Shown piece after piece: positions 57,076 to 64,000 of a DNA stretch of 64,000 nucleotides (position 1 is the first letter of the stretch; each line of letters starts with the position of its first letter). The DNA comes from a virus (lineage: Duplodnaviria; Caudoviricetes), in the IMG/VR virus record IMGVR_UViG_3300032007_000001. The stretch is one strand, 5' to 3'. A program made the translations under genes and the position numbers. Below the pieces are notes generated by a model. The model searched no databases, was not told the DNA's origin, and saw only the letters and a list, made by a program, of their open reading frames with translations.

Positions 57076-57807
57076 TTAATCACAAATACAATAACGATTT
57101 ATATAATCTTCTATCATATTCAAAACATTAAATCTATCAATATTTTTATAAGACGTTTTCAATCCCAATCCTTCACAATGCGTAATAAAATCTTTTGTCG
57201 TTGTCAATCTTTCTTTGAAAAATTCTTCTTTTTTGATTTTTATACGTTCCAATAAATTGCTTTCATTAATTATTTGTTGTTGCAATTCGTTAATAGTATT
57301 CATAATGTTTGGTTTTATTTGTTTTATGTTTTTCAATGGAGAAAAATTACATTTTGTGATTCCATACATTAGTAATTCAAAAAATATAAAAATTGTTGGT
57401 TTTGTAAGATTTTTACTCAATTCATTCATATATTTTTTCTTTTGTTCTATGCGTTCATATTTTATTGCGATTAGATTTGAATAATTTTCGTCAAATTTAT
57501 CTTTGTTAATATTATGATTAAATACAATCAATTTTTTGTATAACGGATTGATAACTCCAATCTCTGAATTTTTATATAAAATTTTATAATTAAAGTCATC
57601 CATTTTTACATATTTCATATTTTTGAATAACGAAAGAACATACTTGTTGATATATTCATCACAACATTGTCTTACATAAAAATATACTTTATTTTCAAGT
57701 TCAACTAAACATTCGTTGAATTCGTTCAATTTATTTATCTTTTCTAATGATAATACATCTATTTGCAATGATTCAAAAAAACTATTCGATATTTCCATCA
57801 TAAACAC
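57076..57807 (-). CDS. Hypothetical protein
   Basis: 243-aa ORF. Confidence 0.65.
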   Translation of the reverse strand: MFMMEISNSFFESLQIDVLSLEKINKLNEFNECLVELENKVYFYVRQCCDEYINKYVLSLFKNMKYVKMDDFNYKILYKNSEIGVINPLYKKLIVFNHNINKDKFDENYSNLIAIKYERIEQKKKYMNELSKNLTKPTIFIFFELLMYGITKCNFSPLKNIKQIKPNIMNTINELQQQIINESNLLERIKIKKEEFFKERLTTTKDFITHCEGLGLKTSYKNIDRFNVLNMIEDYINRYCICD

Positions 57808-58180
57808 CTTTGTTCAAAACATTTAATTGCACTTCAAATAAGCTATCTTCCATAGAAGGAATATATATATTCTTACATGTATCGCATACTTTCGCTTGGT
57901 TCAGTCTTTCTCTATTTTTAATTTGATAAGAAATTTCTCCACAATATGGACATTTCAAGATATATAAATAATTGATTATTTTTTGCATTTTTAATTTATG
58001 AATAATTCTATCTAACATGTCAGCATCTAATGATTGGCAATTTGATATTGATATTTCTCTTTTTAATAATCCACTTAATCTAACTAATTCAACACCATCT
58101 AAATTAAATATATCTATAATATCTTTCATCATAGAATCTAAATCCATTGTCTGAAAATCTTGCATAGTTTTTAACTCCAA
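57782..58180 (-). CDS. Zinc-ribbon protein
   Basis: CPYC...CDTC. Confidence 0.6.
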   Translation of the reverse strand: MELKTMQDFQTMDLDSMMKDIIDIFNLDGVELVRLSGLLKREISISNCQSLDADMLDRIIHKLKMQKIINYLYILKCPYCGEISYQIKNRERLNQAKVCDTCKNIYIPSMEDSLFEVQLNVLNKGVYDGNIE

Positions 58181-58289
58181 TCGATTTTCTAATATAAATT
58201 ATTCTAATAAAAAAATAGAACGAGTGACATTATTTTTGCTTTTCGTTTTTTTATTTTGAAAATAGAAAAATTTAATTGGAAGTGAAAAA

Positions 58290-58541
58290 ATGAAAAGATT
58301 AAAAAGAGCTAATGACTCAGAATTTATAAAAAAACAATTATATGATTTTGAACAATTTTATTTTATCGCAATTACAAATTTAAATAGTGCGATAGAAGCA
58401 ATATCATATGCGTGTGATAAAGCTTATGGAAGCAAAAGTCATAACGACCCTCATTGGAAACATATAGATAATTTGAAAAAAGCAAGAGAATTATTACGAG
58501 AATCGTATCGCGAATTAAATAAAATTAGTGGTGATTATTGA
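58290..58541 (+). CDS. Small protein with KRLKRA N-terminus
   Basis: MKRLKRANDS. Confidence 0.6.
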   Translation: MKRLKRANDSEFIKKQLYDFEQFYFIAITNLNSAIEAISYACDKAYGSKSHNDPHWKHIDNLKKARELLRESYRELNKISGDY

Positions 58542-59196
58542 TATTATGAAATATGAAGAATTAAATCCTAAAATACAACAAAAGGTTAAAGAAAAAATTA
58601 TAGATTGGTATTTTGATGATGAATTGTGGTATAAAGATGCTCTTATAAATTTTGTGCAAGATATGAATAATAAATATGATTTTGATTTAGAAGAAAAAAA
58701 TGTAGAATTTAATATTTCTTATAGTCAGAGCGATTATGCAATGATTCAAATAGATTCAAGCTTGAAACAAAGCATAATGATTCCATATATGAAAGAAATA
58801 GCAAATAATGTTAAAGATATGGAAAATAAAAAACTTATAGAAAAAGAACTTACTAATATAGATTGTATTAAGTGGTTAAGAATTAGTTCGAAAATTTATA
58901 ATAAACCTCGTCAAGAAGAATTTGATTATTATGATTTTGATGAAGTAAGTAATATTTTAAGTATTTTATTTGATAATGGCGATATTTCTGAACAAAGTCA
59001 CGATGAAGCTATGGATATGATTGATGAAGTTGGAGATAAAATGTCTCATGAATTGTATAAAAAAATGAGTGAAGATGTTGAAAAATTTTATCGTTCATTA
59101 CAAAATGAAATTGAATATTTTTGGGAAGAAGAACATGTTATTGAATATATAAATGATTGTGGATATGAATTTGATGAAAACGGAAATATTCTTTAA
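58528..59196 (+). CDS. Acidic conserved phage protein
   Basis: YEEL...W N-terminus and YEFDENG C-terminus. Confidence 0.65.
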   Translation: MVIIDIMKYEELNPKIQQKVKEKIIDWYFDDELWYKDALINFVQDMNNKYDFDLEEKNVEFNISYSQSDYAMIQIDSSLKQSIMIPYMKEIANNVKDMENKKLIEKELTNIDCIKWLRISSKIYNKPRQEEFDYYDFDEVSNILSILFDNGDISEQSHDEAMDMIDEVGDKMSHELYKKMSEDVEKFYRSLQNEIEYFWEEEHVIEYINDCGYEFDENGNIL

Positions 59197-59199
59197 GAG

Positions 59200-59604
59200 A
59201 TGGTGAAATATATGAATTGTATAAAAAAACGTTTAGAAGCTAATCTTACAAAAGAACAAACAACAGATTTTTATGAATTATGGTTTTCAAAAATAGCAGA
59301 ACAAATAAAATATACAAATAAAGCATTTAACGAAATGGTAAATGCTTATAAAAGCAACAAAGATGTTGGAGATTTAAGTAAAGGATTATCTTCTGATGAT
59401 GTTAAAAAATGCATAGAAAATGGAATGTTTACTCAGTATCTTGGTCCAAAAAATCATGGGACACATACAAATTTAAGCGCCATTGGAGATGCGATAGCAG
59501 CAAATAAAAAATTTAGTAATGAACTTTCAAATCTTTATCAAATTTATTCATCTTTTGCAAAAAATTATGAACAACTTCCAGATGACCCATATGTAGAAAA
59601 ATGA
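59200..59604 (+). CDS. Hypothetical protein with KKRLEA N-terminus
   Basis: MNCIKKRLEAN (start probably 59212). Confidence 0.6.
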   Translation: MVKYMNCIKKRLEANLTKEQTTDFYELWFSKIAEQIKYTNKAFNEMVNAYKSNKDVGDLSKGLSSDDVKKCIENGMFTQYLGPKNHGTHTNLSAIGDAIAANKKFSNELSNLYQIYSSFAKNYEQLPDDPYVEK

Positions 59605-59736
59605 AAATATATAAAAAATCATTTATTTAATTATAAAAAAGACTAATTAATCAATTGGTCTTTTTATTTTTTTCTAAAATAAACAAAAATTTAAGTTTTT
59701 AGAAATAATTTACTATTTTTGTTATTATTTAATAAC

Positions 59737-59910
59737 TGAAACAGGAAAATCGTTTTCTTGTATAACTTAGAAAACAATCTACTTTTCGGCTGAGCTCGAG
59801 ACGGTGTGTAGATAATATTCGTTTACTGCAATTATACTTCTCATCGGACTGTTTTTCTGGTGACGCACCTCCGACTTAGCATTTGCCGTGCTCTTATTAG
59901 AGCAAAAAAT
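59737..59910 (+). ncRNA. Candidate structured leader RNA of the capsid operon
   Basis: GC-elevated non-coding stretch with several pairings (ATCTAC/GTAGAT, TCGGA/TCCGA, GCTCT/AGAGC). Confidence 0.4.
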
Positions 59911-59941
59911 TTTTTATTATTCTACGGAGGTGTATCACCCA

Positions 59942-60463
59942 ATGAGCGATTATTATAACGCGCAAGCAGGTGGACATTTTGTCTTCGGCCCAACGTATAA
60001 TTCGACTAACTACGTTCGTGCCGCTATTGAAGGAAGCCTCAATGGTTTCCACGAAGTCGACGTAGAAGCTGCACAGGCCGTTAATGGCGAACTCGCTGGT
60101 AAGATTGCTGCCATCACTGCTGATGGTAAAGTTGGTCTTGCTGGTGCCGACGGTGCCGGTGCTGTTGGCCTCTTCCGTGAAGACTTAAAGGATATGGTCA
60201 ACGCTTCTAACAATGCTACTTTCTATTTCCGCGGTGGCGAATACCACATCGCAGAATCCCGCCTTGGTGAAACAATTGATAAGTTCACACTTGGCAGCTA
60301 TGTTACTACGGACGCTAATGGTGCGCTTGTTCACACAGCAGACGCAACAAAGGCTGTTGGTATTGTTATTGAAAACGAAGTTTATCCTGCCGGTAACATG
60401 TATCGCTTCGCTGGCGAACAGATGAATGGCGGTAAGATGCTCGGAATTCTGCTCAAGCTGTAA
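59942..60463 (+). CDS. Capsid decoration/cement protein
   Basis: GGAGGT RBS; Gly/Ala-rich beta protein immediately upstream of MCP; strong codon bias. Confidence 0.65.
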   Translation: MSDYYNAQAGGHFVFGPTYNSTNYVRAAIEGSLNGFHEVDVEAAQAVNGELAGKIAAITADGKVGLAGADGAGAVGLFREDLKDMVNASNNATFYFRGGEYHIAESRLGETIDKFTLGSYVTTDANGALVHTADATKAVGIVIENEVYPAGNMYRFAGEQMNGGKMLGILLKL

Positions 60464-60480
60464 TTTGGAGGGAAAATATT

Positions 60481-61323
60481 ATGATGACTCAAGAAGAAAA
60501 AGAATATTTGATCTCCAATGCACTGGAGACAGATGAGGGACGTAAGTCTCTTGCCTCAGCTATGGCTAACCCAATCCGTACTTCTCTGGATTATCAGGGT
60601 GTTGCTCGTAAGCTGTTAGTTGTTGACCCACTGCCTCAGGGCGCTCTCCCCGTTTATGACCGCGATGTTGATGCCAAGGCTTTCGTCGTTGGCAAGCGCG
60701 GTGCTGCTCCACAGCAGATTATCGAAGGCGAGAGAATTCAGGTTCCAACTTTCGAAATCGTCGCTAACCCACAGGTTCGTATGAGCCAGGTTAAGGAACG
60801 TCGTTTCAATATCATTGACCGTGCTCAGCAACGTGCTAAGAGCGATATCATGGCAGTCGAAGACTCCAACGCTTTTGCTCTTATCGATGCAGCTGCTTCC
60901 TCAGTCAATGGCGTAACTCTTTCCGGTACTTCTCTTACTCGTGATGCTCTCACAGCTGCATTCGCAGAAGTTGAAAAGCATGACCTTGCTGTTACGAAGA
61001 TCGTCATGAACGCTCAGGCATTCGCAGATATTCGTAAATGGGGCCGCAACGAGTTTGACCCAGTAACCCAGCACGAAATCTTGAACACTGGCGTATTCGG
61101 TCGTCTTTGGACAGCTGATGTTATCATCTCTAAGATGGTTCCTCTCAACACTGTCTATGTACTTGCCGACCCAGAATTCGTTGGCGTTATGCCAATCCGC
61201 ACGGACATCAACGTAATTCCAAGTGATGAGCCCAAGAATTTGCGTCTCGGATGGGTCATCTTCGAAGAAATTGGTCTCTGCGTTGTCAATGCTCTTGGCG
61301 TTGCTAAGATTACTATTCAGTAA
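60481..61323 (+). CDS. Major capsid protein (HK97 fold)
   Basis: LASAMANPIRTSLDYQGVARKLLVVDPLPQGALPVYD...GWVIFEEIG; GGAGG RBS; strong codon bias; terminator follows. Confidence 0.85.
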   Translation: MMTQEEKEYLISNALETDEGRKSLASAMANPIRTSLDYQGVARKLLVVDPLPQGALPVYDRDVDAKAFVVGKRGAAPQQIIEGERIQVPTFEIVANPQVRMSQVKERRFNIIDRAQQRAKSDIMAVEDSNAFALIDAAASSVNGVTLSGTSLTRDALTAAFAEVEKHDLAVTKIVMNAQAFADIRKWGRNEFDPVTQHEILNTGVFGRLWTADVIISKMVPLNTVYVLADPEFVGVMPIRTDINVIPSDEPKNLRLGWVIFEEIGLCVVNALGVAKITIQ

Positions 61324-61345
61324 TATAAATATTGATATAAAACAT

Positions 61346-61375
61346 AAAAGAAGTGCTATTTTAGCACTTCTTTTT
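61346..61375. terminator. Bidirectional terminator
   Basis: AAAAGAAGTGCTA/TAGCACTTCTTTT. Confidence 0.8.
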
Positions 61376-61382
61376 ATTTTTA

Positions 61383-61700
61383 TTAATTTTGTAATTTTCG
61401 ATACTCTTCGTCATACCATTTTTCAAGTGCAGCCATATCTATTTTATCTTTTGCTATTGCTTCGGTATCTTCATGAAGCATATCATCGGTGTACTGCTCA
61501 ATGAGCAAAGCTTTCTGCCATGTGTATTTGGCATCTAGTTCTGCAATCTTGTCCTCTTTCGACGGAGCAGGATTTTCAACCACCTCGTAGTACTCGCCTT
61601 TGTCCTCAATATGCGCGTTATTTGCATTACACCATTGAGCCGTCTCCGTGTACTGCTCCATATCATCTTTGTTATTCTTGTATAACTTATCACCTATCAT
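61383..61700 (-). CDS. Tail fibre assembly/chaperone-like protein
   Basis: ATGA-coupled to the fibre gene; AQWCNANNAHIEDKGEYYEVV. Confidence 0.6.
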   Translation of the reverse strand: MIGDKLYKNNKDDMEQYTETAQWCNANNAHIEDKGEYYEVVENPAPSKEDKIAELDAKYTWQKALLIEQYTDDMLHEDTEAIAKDKIDMAALEKWYDEEYRKLQN

Positions 61701-63235
61701 ACACTCGCCCCCATTCCTGCAACGTACCATATCGAGTAAGCCGTATAACCTAATATAGTTACTGTCGTTGTCGTTTTGGTTTGCACGCACGGCAAATATA
61801 CACCGCCTAGTGAATATCTACGTGAAGTCAATACCATATACTTATCGTCCGCCATCGCTTTAAGTAAATTTACTGTCACAGTCTGATTGTCTGTTGTAGC
61901 AACCTCTCCTCCTTGCTCAATCCACCCGTCCGCGTACTCACGCCACCAATCGCCCGTCGCGCTGTCGTAGTAGCTATCTACAACAACGTGCGCGAAACGA
62001 GCTTCGCCAGTCGCGTTGAGATTCGACAAACTTCTGTCAGCCTTGTTGGACAAATCGCTTGCGTACTGCGAAATGTCAATCCATGCATTAGTCTGTATTA
62101 CGCCGTCGTAGGCTTTGATGATGTAGTGAATGTCGGAGGAAGCTGCATCGGAAAGGTCGGTATATACATTGGAATCGACACTATCAGAAGAACTTGGGAA
62201 ATTGAACCCACTTCCCGAAGTAGCCGATTGTGAATCAGCGATACCATATGTATTTTTAAACACGTTATAAAAAGAGCCAGATCGAGCTGGAGCAGACGCT
62301 CCAAGCTTAAACGTCATAACGGAATTGTCTTTTCCGTAAACCGATACTGCAATTCCCTTCAAAAATTTCTCGTCCGGCAGATTAAATGTCGTACTTCCAT
62401 CGCCCGGCCCGTAGGTCGTTCCAATAGCCGCAAACAAATCGGGGTACATGGTACGCGATACCGCCGAGCCGTCGCAAGCCAAGAAGCCTGTCGGGGGAGT
62501 CGTTACGTCACCAGCAAATGGGAACAGCGTACCGACAGGGATTCCCGCTGAGCCAGCGTAGGATTCGGCCGCCTGAGCCGCTGCGCGTGCTTGGCTCGCG
62601 GAGGTTGCCGCAGAAGCATCGGATTCAGACGTAGAGGCAACAAACTTGATGATGTAACGGACTGTCAAAGATTTCGGCTGAACGGTATCGCTCGCGCCGT
62701 AAATGAGGTTAGATTCAGAAGCGTCAAATGTTATTGGGTATGCCGTATTACCTCCTGGATTACCAGCTACAGACCCAACTACTGGTGTTGCTGTTGTATC
62801 TATATCAAATGCTCCAGTATGAGTGGTTGGAGCAATTTCTGTATATCCACAATGACCCTGAAATGCCCATTGCAAACTACCCTCAATATTCGGCACGCCC
62901 GCCGCTTTCGCCACGCCTGCCGTGTTCGAACCTTCGAGAAATACGCCATTCGTCAGATCAGGAAGATTAAAAGTAGTACTTCCATCTCCATCGCCATAAG
63001 TAGTTCCAATTACATTAAATAAATCACCATATGTTTCTCTAGATAGAGCACTACCATCACAAAAAAGAAAACATGATGGAGGAGTATTTCCATTATTAAT
63101 GTAAGGAACAATAGTACCGATTGGTATCCCGTTTCCATTAGAACAGCCAATATTTTTTATATCTTCTGATGTTAAATTCTTTACTACTTTGAATTTAGCA
63201 GTTCCATAATTAATTACGTCATTTAGATTTGACAT
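61697..63235 (-). CDS. Tail fibre protein with two tail-collar domains
   Basis: IPIGTI..FLFCDGS..TTFNLPDL and IPVGTL..FLACDGS..TTFNLPD; WWREYADGWIEQGG C-terminal module. Confidence 0.88.
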   Translation of the reverse strand: MSNLNDVINYGTAKFKVVKNLTSEDIKNIGCSNGNGIPIGTIVPYINNGNTPPSCFLFCDGSALSRETYGDLFNVIGTTYGDGDGSTTFNLPDLTNGVFLEGSNTAGVAKAAGVPNIEGSLQWAFQGHCGYTEIAPTTHTGAFDIDTTATPVVGSVAGNPGGNTAYPITFDASESNLIYGASDTVQPKSLTVRYIIKFVASTSESDASAATSASQARAAAQAAESYAGSAGIPVGTLFPFAGDVTTPPTGFLACDGSAVSRTMYPDLFAAIGTTYGPGDGSTTFNLPDEKFLKGIAVSVYGKDNSVMTFKLGASAPARSGSFYNVFKNTYGIADSQSATSGSGFNFPSSSDSVDSNVYTDLSDAASSDIHYIIKAYDGVIQTNAWIDISQYASDLSNKADRSLSNLNATGEARFAHVVVDSYYDSATGDWWREYADGWIEQGGEVATTDNQTVTVNLLKAMADDKYMVLTSRRYSLGGVYLPCVQTKTTTTVTILGYTAYSIWYVAGMGASV

Positions 63236-63247
63236 TATATCACCTAT

Positions 63248-64000
63248 TTATAATTTTCCAATTTTCCAAACTTTTACTCTGCAAGGCAGTTGGTTGCCAA
63301 CGTTACCACCAATTCCAAACGATGAACCAGATACTTGCGAAGGAGCAATTAAACAACTATCGTTACCAGTTTGTATAACAATGTTGTTATTATCATGCAT
63401 ATATGTTTTAACACCTCTTGCATAACCAGTACCATTTAATTCAAATGTATACCAACCAGCACTTCCCCATTGATTGTTATATAAGACTTCAACATCACAT
63501 TTTACAATGTAACCAGGAAAAGGATTGGATTCAACGTAACGACTATTAATTGATATATTTACTGGATTTTGTTCTGTTCCATTATTTGGATAAATATAAC
63601 AAAAATCTCTTTCAAGAAAATGGTCTTCACCAGTTTGTGTTAAGTTATTCAATCCTTTTGAAGCTTTATTGTTTAATGTATTTACATATTGTTCAATACT
63701 AATTAAAGTACTATCAACAGTTTGACCATTAAATACTTTTATGATGTATCGTACTGTAACTGATTTCGGTTGAACAGTAGAAGAATTACCATATATAGAA
63801 GAACTTCTAGAAGCATCAAAATCTATTGAATAAACCATTTGAGAATATGACCCACTTGGATTTAATCCTCCAAATGTTTTCCCAGATGAATATCTAAATG
63901 CACCCTCTGAATTATCTAATATATAAAATGGTGCAACATAATTGTTTCCACTTTCTGTTTCTCTTGATACTTTACCTGTAATATTAGGAAGACCAGCGTT
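63248..64000 (-). CDS. Tail fibre protein (5' end beyond window)
   Basis: Frame open to window end: NAGLPNITG...FDASRSSSIYGNSSTVQPKSVTVRYIIK. Confidence 0.8.
   Translation of the reverse strand, partial: NAGLPNITGKVSRETESGNNYVAPFYILDNSEGAFRYSSGKTFGGLNPSGSYSQMVYSIDFDASRSSSIYGNSSTVQPKSVTVRYIIKVFNGQTVDSTLISIEQYVNTLNNKASKGLNNLTQTGEDHFLERDFCYIYPNNGTEQNPVNISINSRYVESNPFPGYIVKCDVEVLYNNQWGSAGWYTFELNGTGYARGVKTYMHDNNNIVIQTGNDSCLIAPSQVSGSSFGIGGNVGNQLPCRVKVWKIGKL

Noticed and set aside
61701-61790. N-terminal extension of 61383..61790 as a programmed frameshift product
   Set aside because: The ATGA overlap at 61697-61700 explains the start, and no slippery site is evident
61913-63022. Plus-strand ORFs within the tail fibre gene
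   Set aside because: Antisense by-products of the GC-rich segments
1-64000. Genome-wide TAG recoding (code 15)
   Set aside because: Long structural and replication genes are intact in code 11, and TAG ends 32285..32887 just before the next start; only one internal TAG was found

Overview
A very AT-rich, gene-dense 64 kb segment of a large (jumbo-type) tailed bacteriophage genome in the standard genetic code. The host is probably an anaerobic Firmicute, possibly a Negativicute (inferred from Hfq, NrdG, FliD-like and tail-fibre modules). Head genes are scattered: prohead protease and portal at 18-23 kb, acidic scaffold-like protein at 35-36 kb, decoration and major capsid at 60-61 kb. Also present: three tail-collar fibre genes, Ig-like and fibre-like virion proteins, three tRNAs (Arg-UCU, Glu-UUC, and Leu-UAA split by a 492-nt group I intron), a DinG-type helicase, a dimeric dUTPase, NrdG, PncA, Hfq, two methyltransferases, two ART-like proteins and a degenerate HD-GYP protein. 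Most notable: (i) three radical SAM/SPASM peptide-maturase-type enzymes with two candidate substrate families, namely a tandem trio of fibre-like proteins with Cys/Ser-rich tails (one interrupted by an in-frame TAG) and three proteins sharing an N-terminal MKIRxDFxTNSSS motif; (ii) eight small early proteins ending in hydrophobic-G-L/M; (iii) a basic N-terminal KRL..KxA tag on many putative head-packaged proteins; (iv) a scrambled layout of short transcription units bounded by repeated palindromic terminators. All functional calls come from motif recognition only; no searches were run.
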